Assembly: GCA_030295235.1 (NCBI GenBank)
Contig: AP026149.1
Coordinates: 186,001 to 250,000, forward strand
From: Fistulifera solaris
Lineage: Eukaryota
Reading direction: 5' to 3'
DNA: 64,000 nucleotides
In this document: piece by piece, positions 21,626 through 34,019 of the stretch
Numbering within the stretch: position 1 is the stretch's first letter
How the letters are laid out: each line of letters starts with the position of its first letter
Notes under the pieces: model-generated
The model's database searches: none
Seen by the model: only the letters and a program-made list of their open reading frames with translations
What the model was told of the DNA's origin: nothing
Translations under genes and position numbers: made by a program

Positions 21626-23275
21626 TTAGGCATAGCAATCACAGCATCCAAGAGGACATTCCATTTGCGGTGCGATTCCTTCGTTTAATGTGCCACAATC
21701 TGCCGCTAGTACATTCAACAAGCCACTGCACAATCCCAAAGGAACAGTACCCACCAAATTGGTCTGATGAAGTTGCACATCGTTGAGTTTCTTGAGTGTC
21801 CCAATTTCGTCCGGAACCGTCCCGGACAGATCCGTGTAACACACTTTCAATATTTGCAATTCCTTCAAATGTCCTAATTCCGTCGGGAGGGTGCCGTTGA
21901 GACCACGATTTGAATACACATTCAGTTCACGCAACGACGTCATGAGTCCGATTTCGGTCGGTAGGGTTCCTGCCAAGGCGGTGGGACTGGTCAAACCCAA
22001 TGTTTCGAGTTTCGTCCATTTTCCAATCTCAGCAGACAAAGGTGACGGAGTGAGACCCGTGATATCATTCAGTTGCAGTGAGATCAATCCCGTCGCGATC
22101 GTCAACGACGCGGGCAGAGTCCCCGTCATGGGCGTATTGGATGCGTATAGAGACATTAAACGAGACAGAGGACCATCGGCAGTGACTTCAGGAATACTTC
22201 CGGAAAGTTCTGTCAACGAAATATCCACATACTCGATGAGAGGCCAATACGGTACAACGTCTTGCCAAAAATTCCCCGCCACTGGCATACTGTGAATGTC
22301 AAAATGACGGAGGTTCGACCACTGGGCCAACGTCGATCCCGGTATCGTCCCTTCGAATCGATTTTCGGCCAAATTCACCGTCTCTAAGTTCGTCCAAGCT
22401 CCCCATTCTTCTTGGAATACATTCAGTCGATTGCCTTTCAAATCCAAGTACTTCAACTGGGGCAACGTCACCGGAAACGTCCCCACGAGACTCTTCCCCG
22501 CGCAATCGAGTACGGTGAGATGCGACAAGAGTCCCAATTCCATTGGAACCATTCCCGATATGACAAAGGAAGCCGACTTGAAATCCAAACCCACCACTTG
22601 TTTTTGATCATTGCACGTGACACCCAACCACTGACATTCGTGTAGAGGAACTCGTGCTTTTGTGGTGGCCGGTGCGCCCGAAAGTTCGGCGGAAGGAGCG
22701 ACCACGGTCACCATCCCATCGGGTGACACGGCCGCTTGTGTGACCAAATCCAACCATCCGGCCGCGGCCGTACTGAACAACCAACCATCCCAATGAAAAT
22801 ACAGACAAGCCAACGCATAGCGTTGCAACAAACGATCCCGTGACAAGGGAGCGAGTGGATCCGAAGTCACCAACCACTGTAACGCATTCCATTGCGGAGA
22901 TCCAGGAATCAGCATGGTAGTAGTGGTGACATTTTGCGATTGGAGATGCTGGTACGTCGAAAGCCAATAGTCTCGCTTGGCTTCAAGATCCATACCGTGA
23001 CGAGACGAATCATCATTATCATTGCGGACGTTCTTGGTCGATGTCAAGAGCATTTGCAAACCAATCAGAGTCGCCCCAAGGGACAAAATGAGACCCATCC
23101 AGGCCAAACCGATCGGTGACTTCCAATACACCTTCCAATGGGAGAATTTTTGGGCGGAAGTGTTGTCGATGGAGATGGTCGTCGCTTCTTCCGAGATGCA
23201 ATCGAGTGCACAGGCATGAACGCTTCGAGAGCTTCCCGTTCGGACGGTTGATGTTCGAGTTGTTCCCGTCGTCAT
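21626..23275 (-). CDS. Leucine-rich repeat receptor-like type-II membrane protein (diatom-expanded family)
   Basis: TM near N-terminus, SPQWNALQWL...RYALACLYF, HECQWLGVTC cap, plant-type LRRs (LxGTLPTELGxLxxL), Cys-rich C-terminus. Confidence 0.9.
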   Translation of the reverse strand: MTTGTTRTSTVRTGSSRSVHACALDCISEEATTISIDNTSAQKFSHWKVYWKSPIGLAWMGLILSLGATLIGLQMLLTSTKNVRNDNDDSSRHGMDLEAKRDYWLSTYQHLQSQNVTTTTMLIPGSPQWNALQWLVTSDPLAPLSRDRLLQRYALACLYFHWDGWLFSTAAAGWLDLVTQAAVSPDGMVTVVAPSAELSGAPATTKARVPLHECQWLGVTCNDQKQVVGLDFKSASFVISGMVPMELGLLSHLTVLDCAGKSLVGTFPVTLPQLKYLDLKGNRLNVFQEEWGAWTNLETVNLAENRFEGTIPGSTLAQWSNLRHFDIHSMPVAGNFWQDVVPYWPLIEYVDISLTELSGSIPEVTADGPLSRLMSLYASNTPMTGTLPASLTIATGLISLQLNDITGLTPSPLSAEIGKWTKLETLGLTSPTALAGTLPTEIGLMTSLRELNVYSNRGLNGTLPTELGHLKELQILKVCYTDLSGTVPDEIGTLKKLNDVQLHQTNLVGTVPLGLCSGLLNVLAADCGTLNEGIAPQMECPLGCCDCYA

Positions 23276-24305
23276 GATAGGATTGCGAATACAACAGATC
23301 GAAGCCTTCACACACCGACAACGAGAAAGAGATACTCGAGATTATTGTTACTCGAGAGGAATGGATGAGCAAGTGATTGCTGAGTTTATCAAGCGATCAA
23401 GTTGTTCTCTTGCACTGTGCAAGACGAAGAGAGGAAGTAAAGGCATTCTTTGAATACTCATCGTCTCTTTTTCGATTGGCGCTTGTCTCTCCCTTGGTCA
23501 TTCTTGGATGGCGTGGGAGTCCTTTTCGATGAAACATACTGTATCATTGTCGCTTGTCCTCGAGCGCCAATTCTTGCTGCTACCAACAGGCGAAAAGAGT
23601 CATTTCCGGTTGCGTGGGAGTCCTTTGTTGGATCCGAAACAAGATAGATCCAACAAAAAAAAAATATGGTGGGAGTCCTCTTTTTTTCATTTTTGTTGCC
23701 GATTGCCGATTGCCAAATCCAGAAACATCGCCGCACGCAGTCGGAAAAAACGCGCGGAGCAAGAGTAAATATTTCTATGTTTTAGTACTGCTAAGATTGA
23801 AGCACGTTTTACATCACAGACGATGCATTGTAGTACGGAGTGAAAACGGGTGTGACTATGTAACGATTAATTTTACTTAAAGACTGGGTACCGATGCGCA
23901 TGAGTGAGAGACGAGCTAGGATGGTCATGAGTCAATTTAAACTCCGTGTAGGAATTTCATGTTGTTGTGTCATCGGGAGCTTTTTTTTCAGAACATATAA
24001 TGAATGATGATGATAGTTGTTGAGTGAAAGTATTCTCCTTTGGAGTAGTTTGTCGACTTCCTGTTGTTGGGTGAAGCCTCCTAGTAAAGAACCAAGCCAC
24101 GTCCGTCTTCCCAAGTTGGAGTACTTGTACTTTTACCTGGTACGGTACTGTACCAGGTACCGGTACCTGGTAAGTTTTTCACGTATCATCGTCTGGCGGT
24201 TTTTCTTCAACATTCCGATCGACCCGTTTTTTTTCTTTCTCACTAAACACTCGTTATTCCTTCGTCGTTTTGTTACAAAAGCTCTCGTCCAAGAAAATCG
24301 ATGCT

Positions 24306-25105
24306 ATGATAAAGATGAGTATATGGAAAAGCATCCTTATATGGCTCTCTTGTTCGGGGATTCCCAACATTGAAGGGTTTTTGGATATAAAGTCGAGATC
24401 GACCTTCCCTGCACTGGAGTACCGTCGTCGTAGTGATAACAACAACAATAATGAACGTGAAATGGAATTCCCAGAACAATATCCGGCAACATACGAACTC
24501 AATAACTACAAAACATGGAAAGACTTTGGTGACCCCGCCATTGTACGACCATTGTTGAAACAGACCCAGCTCGAACAACGAAACTTACAAGTGGCGTACG
24601 ACGCGAATCGACACGGTTGGAATGTGCCAGCCTTTCATCGTGCCGTGGATGGAAAAGGGGCCGCGGTAGTATTAGCACGCGGCCGTCGGGGTGGATGGTT
24701 GGGAGGATACAATCCCAAAGGCTGGTCGAGCCATGGAGGTGCTCGTCCGTCGGTGGCGGCCTTTTGTTTTATACCACTCCAGCAGGAAAACTGCAAAAAC
24801 TCCAAAAGGTTGGTGGCGGTGGATTGGCCTGTGCCAAAGATGATTCAAATACGGGTATTTGGTTGGGAGCGGATGGTTTAATCATACCGTTGGCACAAAA
24901 ACCCACTTTGTTTCCTACCAAAGAAGCGAGAATGGCACAATCCTTCTTGGGTACCTATTTTGAACGAGGGCCCGATCGGAAATTGAGTTTATTTCCAAAT
25001 GGTTGTGTCATGGAATTGTCGGAATTGAAGGTGTTGGTGGGTGTTTACGAACGAGACGAAGAAATCCCGTATTCTGGTGCTGTGCTCGATTTCACTTCGG
25101 GTTGA
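24306..25105 (+). CDS. TLDc-domain protein, probably plastid targeted; one indel at ~24765
   Basis: YDANRHGWNVPAFHRAVDGKGAAVVL, GGYNPKGW, AFLF, GIWLGADGL; presequence IEG|FL. Confidence 0.85.
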
Positions 25106-25188
25106 GTTTTACTGGGAGTGATACATCTTTTTGTGCCTGTGGAAAGGTTTTCCTAAAGTGCGACTTTGTCTTATCAGGATATGAAATG

Positions 25189-25401
25189 AAATCACTAGTG
25201 TCTAGCTGTGCTTGGCTCTCTAGAAGCTAAGGACTGCCAGACGCAAATTTCACCTCTCACGGTGGCAGACAGATTCTCTACCATGATTTCCTGCTCTCCT
25301 TTGTCCTTTTTAAATGCTAAGCTATTTATGATTATTTTGCAAAGGATCACGCTACGCTAGACGAGTACTTCTTGGAACAAGTCATCTTTAAGTTCGTTCA
25401 C
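25189..25401. repeat. Copy 1 of a ~210-220-bp direct repeat, interrupted by the retroelement
   Basis: aaatcactagtgtctagc...aagttcgttcac matches 27683-27908 with scattered substitutions; its last bases (aacgaatact) resume after the 3' LTR. Confidence 0.9.
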
Positions 25402-25576
25402 TATTAATTATGCCTGTAGCCACTGCGACACCCATAAGTGACGCTCTAAGGCAATCCCAGATATCCTCGAATCCAGGACTTCACGTCCTTTGCTTCCCTT
25501 CGCAATCAGGGCGACATTATGCTCATTAATTCGTAGAACACTTTTGTTGCTGACTTTGACTTTATAGATATCAACA
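25402..25576 (+). repeat. 5' LTR (TATT...CAACA)
   Basis: Direct repeat of 27473-27647 with about 5 differences. Confidence 0.92.
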
Positions 25577-27472
25577 GTTCTACGAATTCCCGTTCTTATC
25601 ATCATCACGGCACTCGAGCCAATAAGACCGTTGAACTCGCAGCCTCTGCCACTCTCCTTGGCCCACCCGATGTTGATTGTTCTTTTCTTCATCACGCTTT
25701 ACATGGCAATGCGCTCAACCCGGACACTGGCAAGGTCGCTGAGTTTCCTGAGCTAAGTCGGTCGTCTGATGGTCCACAATGGGTCAACGGCAACGACGAA
25801 GAGGTTCACCGTTTAGCCCAAGGCTTCCGCCATATTCCGGGGTCCAACACTATTCATTTTATCTCCATCAAGGATATCCCCAAAGGTATGCGTGCAGCGA
25901 CGCTCGTGGTGTAGGTAGCGTACCGTCCGGAAAAAAGAAAAATCCTTTCCGAGTCCGTTGGTGTATTGTGGCGATCAAATATATTTTGCCGGGGACAAAT
26001 CTACCAAAACCGTCGCGCTGGAAACCGCCAAGTTGTTTTTCAATAGCGTCTTGTCCACACCCGGGGCTAAAATGATGACTTTGGACCTCAAAGACTATTA
26101 TTTGGGAACCATCTTGGGCAATTTGGAATACATTCGCATTCCCGTCAGCATTTTGTCCCAGCACATCATCGATCACTACAATCTGGAACCACTGATACAC
26201 AATGGATTCGTGTATGCTGCAGTCAGCAAGGGCATGTATGGACTTCCCCAAGCCGGCAAATTGGCTAACGATCAGCTTATTGCCCGCTTAGCTCCTCATG
26301 GGTATCATCCAGTCCCACATACTCACGGCTTGTGGCGTGATTCCCGTTCGGATCTAACCTTCACCTTAGTTGTGGATGACTTTGCCGTCAAATACACGGA
26401 TGATCGCGATGTCCATCGGCTCCTTCAAACTCTTCGCGACACTGGTTATCGGTTATCCAAAGATTGGTCTGGTTCTCGGTACGTTGGCTTGAATCTTGAT
26501 TGGGATTACAACAACCGCACTGTTGACTTGTCCATGCCTGGGTACATCGAACGAGCCTTGACTCGTTTTCAACACCCCACCCCAACCGCTGCCCGAGGAT
26601 TCGCCCCACCCGTGGCAGCAGCCTACGTACGGTGCCAAAACGCAGTATGCGGAAGCCCCTGACAACACGCCTTACTTGGATGCCAAGAACATTAATTTGT
26701 TGCAACAAATCCTTGGCGTTCTATTATATTATGCCCGGGCCATCGACTGCACCATGTTACCGGCGTTGGGTTCCATTGCAGCGTGTCAAGCCCAGCCTAC
26801 AATGAAGACCATGGAGACGTTAACGCAGTTACTAAATTATTGTGCATCTCACCCATCCGGCGTTGTTCGGCTATCGGGCAAGTGACATGGTATTGTGGAT
26901 CGACAGCGATGCTTCTTATCTCAGTGTGTCCGAAGCGAGGTCCCGCGGCTGGTTATTACTTTTTGAGTTCCGATCCCACCAAACTTCCTGATCCGACTTC
27001 TCCTCCCATCAATGGCGCCATCACCGTTTATTGTCAAATCATGAAACATGTGGTGTCAAGTGTCAAGCCGAACTTGGTGCGTTATTTCTCAATGCGCGCA
27101 AAATGCATGTCCTTTACGTGTCGCTTTGGAGGAAATGGGCCATCCCCAACCTGCCACTCCGATCCAAACTGACAACAGCACTGCTGCGGGCATCGTCAAT
27201 GACAAAGTCAAACAAAAGCGCTCCAAGGCTATGGATATGCGATTCTATTGGATTCAGCGACCGTGTTTGCCAAGGTCAATTTCATGTTTACTGGAAGGCT
27301 GGCGCTGGGAACAAAGCGGATTACTTCACTAAGCATCATGCTACTTCCCATCATCGCACCATGCGTCCGATGTATCTTCAAGACAATTCATCTACGCCTT
27401 ATTACGAAGCCATCTCTCCTCATCAGGATGTTGCTCTATCCGTTCCCGACTCTGCGATTCGAGGTGAGGGTG

Positions 27473-27647
27473 TATTAATTTTGCCTGTAGCCACTGCGAC
27501 ACCCATAAGTGACGCGCCTAAGGCAATCCCAGATATCCTCGAATCCAGGACTTCACGTCCTTCGCTTCCTTCGCAATCAGGGCGACATTATGCTCATTAA
27601 TTCGTAGAACACTTTTGTTGCTGACTTTGACTTTATAGATATCAACA
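27473..27647 (+). repeat. 3' LTR, preceded by polypurine tract
   Basis: Direct repeat of 25402-25576; PPT at 27461-27472. Confidence 0.92.
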
Positions 27648-27682
27648 AAACGAATACTAGTGAATCAAATTCATTTGACAAA

Positions 27683-27908
27683 AAATCACTAGTGTCTAGC
27701 TGTGCTTGGATCTCTAGAAGCTAAGGACTGCCAGACGCAAATTTCACCTCTCTCACGGTGGCAGACAGATTCTCTACCATGATTTCCTGCTCTCCTTTGT
27801 CCTTACTAAATGCTAAGCTATTTATGATTATTTTGCAAAGGATCACTTTGGCGCTTGACGAGTACTTCCTTGAACAAGTCATCTTCAAGTTCGTTCACAA
27901 CGAATACT
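27683..27908. repeat. Copy 2 (uninterrupted) of the ~210-220-bp direct repeat
   Basis: Alignable to 25189-25401 plus 27649-27658. Confidence 0.9.
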
Positions 27909-28131
27909 TCCATTTTTGGTCAAACGCGCGCCTCGCGCAAAAGGATCGGGACTAAAGATGAGTCCCGCGATCTCATCGCCCGTTTATATAAGAAAACTAC
28001 CTGGTTTCCGTAACTAAATTCATGACACTTGCGTCCAATTACATGCTCTATGATCGTTATTCTTTTTAAAGCATGTTCTTGCTTGGTAAAGAACTCAGCC
28101 CACCAGTAATTCTATAAGTTAGGAGAATAGA

Positions 28132-29580
28132 ATGAGGCGACAGAATTGGAGTCACACGTATCGCTTCTGTTTGTCGTTCCTGTTGCTGCTGTGGCTGTTC
28201 AGTGTGTGGTTGCAGCATGAAACAGTAGTACGACATTATGAACAAAATACTCATTCCTTTGTGAATCCACCGGAACAACGACCGCTCCAGGAAGAATTCA
28301 TTACAGAAGCGACATTGAACGGCATACCCGTCTCGTTTCATCCTTCCGGAAGAGGATCCAGCACCATTCAATGCACCGAATCGGAAGATTGGAGATTCCG
28401 GAGTTGTCTATACACGCAACTTTGTTTGGATACCGAACAGCACGATTTTGTACTACTATATGAAACGGATGACCAATACCAACAATTAATGGAATCCCGA
28501 AATTCCAGTACGGTTGCCATCGGGGGAATCAATCCGCGGTGGGATATTCATTCGCCAGGAGACAATCCTTCCACGAAAGGAAGTGAAAAACTTGCCTGGT
28601 TTCCACGTATCGTCCGAGCGGATGAGGGAGTTTATCAACTGCCTTCTTCGTTGGTACTTATACCCTTCCATTCCATGGCGGCCCACAATGTTGGTCATAT
28701 GTTGTGGGATGATTTCTATCCCATTTACAGACTGTTGCAGATGTTTGACTTGCTCCACGAGCACCAGTTTTTGTTGATGCGCTATCAATTGTCCGAGGCG
28801 TTGTATGCCTCGTGTGACATTCGTCGCAACAAACGTCTCGGCTGTCACGCCAATTTTCAAACGTTTTTGCGCCCAATTATGGGGGTCGATCCCACGACCT
28901 TTTCCACCACGCGTTCCTTTCAATGGAATCACACCGTCCATCGAACATCGCCCCTCATCTGTGTCTCCAAAGGGGTTGCCGGTATCGGTACACTCACGGA
29001 TCATGGGTTGGCGGATCACGGTTGGGATTATTTGGGACATCACGTGCCTCACAATTTAGGTCATGCCCGAGATTTCTGGGACTTTGGTCGATGGGCTTTA
29101 CAAAATGCCGTAAGTCATGCCGCACCCACCAACGTCCCAAAAATTGTGTTTTCTTTAGAATCCTCCAAAGATTGGGATCGACGCTTGGACTTTGTACCCT
29201 ATCGTGAAGCACTGCAAGCAGCACTTCAAAGAGGGGACATACCCGTACAAATGGAAGCCCATCGTTTTTGGGAACTCTCGGTAGAACAGCAACTGCAGCT
29301 GACGGCGTCTACTACCATACTCATTGCGACTTGTGGTGGTGGAGGAGTCCTACCGGTTACCTTCCTTCCGCGAGGGTCTTCCATGGTCGTGTTTTATAAT
29401 CCAGAGGGAGGATACGAATATTCCACTGGAGAAAGGCGCCCGGATTGGCCAGTCCGATTGGATTGGGACCTTTTGCAACACGCGGCGGCCCACGTGCGGG
29501 TGCATTGGTTCCCCATACGCGTTGCCGACAACCGTCTCGGCCCCGTTCCGGACGAAGATCTCGATCTTTTGTCAAATTGA
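28132..29580 (+). CDS. Type-II membrane glycosyltransferase, GT61/DUF563-like (true stop may be 29612 after an indel)
   Basis: N-terminal TM; RSCLYTQLCLD, HNVGHMLWDDFYPIY, LSVEQQLQL...ILIATCGGG..TFLPRGS. Confidence 0.7.
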   Translation: MRRQNWSHTYRFCLSFLLLLWLFSVWLQHETVVRHYEQNTHSFVNPPEQRPLQEEFITEATLNGIPVSFHPSGRGSSTIQCTESEDWRFRSCLYTQLCLDTEQHDFVLLYETDDQYQQLMESRNSSTVAIGGINPRWDIHSPGDNPSTKGSEKLAWFPRIVRADEGVYQLPSSLVLIPFHSMAAHNVGHMLWDDFYPIYRLLQMFDLLHEHQFLLMRYQLSEALYASCDIRRNKRLGCHANFQTFLRPIMGVDPTTFSTTRSFQWNHTVHRTSPLICVSKGVAGIGTLTDHGLADHGWDYLGHHVPHNLGHARDFWDFGRWALQNAVSHAAPTNVPKIVFSLESSKDWDRRLDFVPYREALQAALQRGDIPVQMEAHRFWELSVEQQLQLTASTTILIATCGGGGVLPVTFLPRGSSMVVFYNPEGGYEYSTGERRPDWPVRLDWDLLQHAAAHVRVHWFPIRVADNRLGPVPDEDLDLLSN

Positions 29581-29703
29581 TTCGCCATGAACTAAAATCG
29601 GGGAGCATTTGATTTCATTAACTACCATGCACATAGTACTGTTGTAATTGTACAAACGAGTGAGCCTTAAGTATCTTTATTCCCGCCTCGTGCTAATTGA
29701 ACA

Positions 29704-32085
29704 TTATGTCGACCCTTCTTTCGCCCTTCGAAATTGCTCTACAACAGATTGGACGGCTTCGGGAGAAAAATCCACACGTTTCTTCATCGTTCGATACAGG
29801 TTTTCGGGAGACAGAACAGATGTGGATTGATAAGCTTGCCAATCCGCAGGCTTCTCGAGCTGCAAGACGAACACAATCTGTGACAGAGGTTCCCAGACTT
29901 GAAATAAGTTGGGACTAATGGCACGTTCACTAGAGGGCTGCGTGACAGTTGCCACAAAGGATTGGATCATTCGGAATTGCTTTGACAGCAAAAGAGAACC
30001 GCAGTCCGTGAACATCGATTCACACTCCCAAATGCTCTCGCTAAACAATTCGACCAGCGCTGTAGATAGTTGCTCCGCCAGGACATGGAGGACATCCGCA
30101 TCACATTTGTTCGCCATGCTTTTCAAAAATACTGATTCTCTCAAGGGACCTAGAAAATCACGTTCCAGTCGATCGTCGGTTTCCGGCTGCGCAAACGAGA
30201 CGGGATCAAGTTGGTAGTTCTCGTGTTCTAAAAAGTAGCGTAAATGATTCATTGCCTTTCCACGAAAATTGGGTGGACAAGCGTCCTCGTGCTTCCCACT
30301 TCCACACCAACTGACTATAGATTCCGCAATTTTCGTCTTCAAAGTGGCACGGTACCCTTGTTCAAATCGAAACAGCTCTTCTCTCGCCAAATGGGTCATT
30401 GTCGTCGACTTGTCTTTTTCGGACGCGGAAAGGAATGAAAATTCATCTTCCGACAACAAGGAATCCAAAAACGCCACCAGATTACGACATGATGCCGACG
30501 CCGCCAAAAGACCATTCATAACACAAAACTCCATATCCAACTGCATCAGCTGCATGTTCTCATCCAACGACGATACAATCGAGCTCAAAAAGCTGCCAGA
30601 ACTGGGGGCCTTGGGAGTGGGTGGACCCGCTTTAGCAATATCATCATCCAGAGCCTCTAGTAACGCCGATGCAAACCCACTATTGGGACTTTTTTTCCAT
30701 GTTGATTTTTTCGGTCTCATTGTCATCTTCTTCTTTCTTGAATTGACTGCTCCAACACCCACGTTGTTCCAACAACGATTGGTGCACGCCCGAAGCCATT
30801 TCCATGGACCATACATCGTGCGTCACCGCATGCGCCACGGTTCCAATGGCTTGCAATGATCGGGTCGATGCGGCTCGTTCCAAGGCCCGTGTACTCAAAT
30901 ACTGCGCGTCTTCGACCACTGACGGAACGTTCACTTCGGTTCCCAATACGATCGCGACGGGTGTCGCATGCCGCAAGGCGGATTGCCATTGCCGGACCGC
31001 CCAAATCCGTTCCAGTGCCGCATATTTCCAATTCCATTCCGGTAACAATTCTTTTGCAGAATCATCCTCGACGTATTATTCGCCACGAAGGGCATCATCA
31101 TTTGCTCGTACCGCGCCAACAGTTGACAAGAGAATGCCATTTCTTCCACTAATGCATCGAGTCGACTCAATTCGTGCAAATGTACTTCTTTATCATCGTC
31201 ATTGTCATTCTGCATCCATTCCTCCATGGGTCGGTCTTGCCAAAACCAATCCGAGATCCGTTGGATCAATTGTTGCGTTTGTTCATCGAGCACCGTAATG
31301 GCATTGTGACACAATGTTCGTATTTGTGTGGCAAATTCGTCGGGAGGCAAGCTGAAATGCCATTGCAGAAGAGGATGAATCAAGGCGGACGCTTCTCCGA
31401 GCACCTCCATCAACACGGGGGCATGATATTGTTGAAATCGAATAATCGGTGGTTTCTTGGTTTCGTTATCGTGATCATCGTCATCATCATCATCGTCGTC
31501 GTGAATTGGCACATTCGTTGTTGTTTCTTCTATCGAAACATGAATAGTGCCATCCCGCCGCGCTTCCACCAACGTGGCAATCGCCGGTCTGACACGGAGT
31601 CGCAATACTTGTTTTTGATACGCGGCGTAGCCCTCTATGATTTCCTCGGACGTCTTCCAGTCATTATTCTTTGTGGTGGAAGAATGCAATAACAGCAATA
31701 GATTGAGTTCCGTCAAACGGGCAATCGCTCCTTGTCCCTCCCGTCGTAATAGAGCTGCCGTTTCTTCTTCTTCTTCGACTACTACTTCTTCTTCACCCAC
31801 TTCCGGTTCTTCCCATTGCCAGGCGGCGGTCAAAATTTGTTGCGCGACTGTTATTACGCGGTGTTGACAATGATGATAGAGATCGTGTTGTTCGGGCGTT
31901 GAATGTGTCATTTTATGGAATAATGTATCATGCAAACGTTCGATTGCCGCCGGCCATTCCATCAACTGTTCCAAAGAAGGAATAGTCGTAGTCATCTCAG
32001 GATGGGTCAACGAGCGCCGCAATTCTTCCGTTCCCATCAACACTGCGGCGACTTGCGTCGAGAATTGTTCCTGAGGATCTTCCAT
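29704..32085 (-). CDS. COG4: Conserved oligomeric Golgi complex subunit 4-like; indels at ~31050 and ~30815
   Basis: LDALVEEMAFSCQLLARY, SVVEDAQYL..RALERAAST, GSLLLSKQFR, LSQIVFVLQLE...LSPE...KRVDF resemble COG4 middle and C-terminal motifs. Confidence 0.75.
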
Positions 32086-32508
32086 ATTACTAAGCTGTTA
32101 GTATCATTCTGATAAATAATAATAATGTGAAGGAAATGTAGGGTTATTATGATGGGTGGATTCGAAGTGACGATGCGATCGGACGGTGTGATGTACGGAG
32201 TAGTATTATTGTTTCCAAAATAAATAACTGTCATTCCCGTGTTTACACTCATTCACGGAAATGATGGCGTCGAACACGTGACTTTCATAAAAGGCGGGAC
32301 ACGTAGTATTGGCGCCTGTCCGTCGCCCTGGTGGGAACTTCGCTTTTCCCGAACATGAAAAAACGAAAAGTATAGAAGAGTAGTATAGAGAAAAAGGCAA
32401 CACGCACATTATTATTTCCGCACACTCGGGTGGATATACAAGTAATATAAGCAAAGATCGGTTATTCCTATATTCCTTCCTTATTTTTCAACGTTTTCTT
32501 GTGTTATC

Positions 32509-33804
32509 ATGTTATCATCGACATTATTGAAAGGGAATCGTCACATTGTGCGGGCAGCCACCTCACGTTATTATTTTTCGACGGGTCCAGCGGTCGTCTT
32601 TGATCTCAGTGGCTCCTTCCAGGTATGCGTCGTATCCCCCGAACGTCGTTGATACATACAGTCTCTTTCTTTCCATCACTCACTCACACATTTCGCAAAA
32701 TAATAGACCCACAATTTAGAAACGGCCCCGAACGAAACAACGGAATGCAGCAAGGACGAATTATGGAACATGTTCGAATTAATGTACACGATGCGTCGGA
32801 TGGAAATTACTTGTGACAATGAATACAAGGCCCGGAACATTCGGGGCTTTTGTCACTTATATGATGGTCAAGAAGCCGTAGCGACCGGTATTTTGCAAGC
32901 CTTGGATGAAAAAGACAGTTACATTACCAGTTATCGTTGTCATTGCATTGCATTGGCGCGTGGGGGCAGTGTCAAACAAGTTGTCGCCGAATTGTTTGGC
33001 TTTGAAGATGGCATGACCAAAGGCAAAGGTGGTTCGATGCATTTTTACAATAAGAAACACAATTTTTATGGAGGACAAGGGATTGTCGGAGCCCAAGTTC
33101 CGGTCGGAGCCGGTTTGGCCTTTGCCAACAAGTACAACACGCCGCCCGGGGAACGCATGCCCGTCGCGATTGGCTGTTACGGAGATGGAGCCGCCAATCA
33201 AGGACAAATCTGGGAAGCGGCCAATATGGCCTCCCTGTGGAAATTGCCCATGATCTTTTGTATTGAAAACAATCAATACGGGATGGGCACATCGATTGAT
33301 CGACATTCCAGTCATTCCGATTATTACAAAATGGGCAATCACATTCCGGGAGTCCGCATCGATGGTATGAATGTTTTGGCGGTCCGGGAAGGTATGCGCT
33401 TTGTCAAGGACTATTGTGCGTCCGGACAAGGTCCCATGTACGTCGAAATGATGACGTACCGGTACCACGGACACAGCATGTCCGATCCCGGCACGACCTA
33501 CCGCAATCGCGAAGAAATTGCCTTCACGCGCAGTACTCGCGATCCACTCGAATTCGTCAAGAAGTGTTTGGTCGATGCCGAATTCGCGACGCCAGATGAA
33601 TTGAAAGAAGCGGAAAAACGCATTCGCAAAGACGTTCAACAACAAGTCATGGAAGCCAAGGAATCGGCGAAACCCTCCATGGATTCCTTGTTTGAAGATA
33701 TCTTTGCCAAGGATTTGGTGTCCCGCAGTGGATCGGAATTCCCGCCCCACATTCGTATGCCAGATTATGCCAAATCGTTTTGGATCGACGGAAAACCCGA
33801 ATAA
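32509..33804 (+). CDS. PDHA1: Pyruvate dehydrogenase E1 alpha subunit, mitochondrial; intron 32623-32706
   Basis: IRGFCHLYDGQEA, KGKGGSMH, YGDGAANQGQ, TYRYHGHSMSDPG; basic N-terminal presequence. Confidence 0.97.
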
Positions 33805-34019
33805 GAAAAGAGTACAGAGTAGTCGTTGTTGTTGTGAGATGAAGAATGGGCAGGAAAGAATAGCGAGATCTTTTTAAGCTACTCCGTATTACAGTACGTA
33901 GTGGTTGCTTTCGTACATCTATACTGGTACAAATGCAATGGATGTTTACAATTCGTTCTCCTTGGTTCCCGTGTGTTTCTTGGACCTCACAACGCATTCC
34001 GAAAGACACGTAGAAACAA

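Larger units (their letters stand above)
25402..27647 (+). mobile_element. Ty1/copia (CoDi-like) LTR retrotransposon remnant containing only RT and RNase H
   Basis: 175-bp LTRs at 25402-25576 and 27473-27647; PPT GAGGTGAGGGTG; NPDTG, LDLKDYYL, YGLPQAG, VVDDF, DSDAS, AELGAL, TDN, KRSKAMDMRFYW, ADYFTK; multiple frameshifts. Confidence 0.93.

Noticed and set aside
27656..27700. Helitron 3' terminus (hairpin plus CTAG)
   Set aside because: The hairpin is AT-rich and no matching 5' TC end or Rep/Hel remnant was identified; recorded only as a duplication junction
32857..33750. Long antisense ORF (297 aa) over PDH E1-alpha, and similar shadow ORFs elsewhere
   Set aside because: Mirror-frame by-product of codon bias in a conserved gene; no recognisable domain
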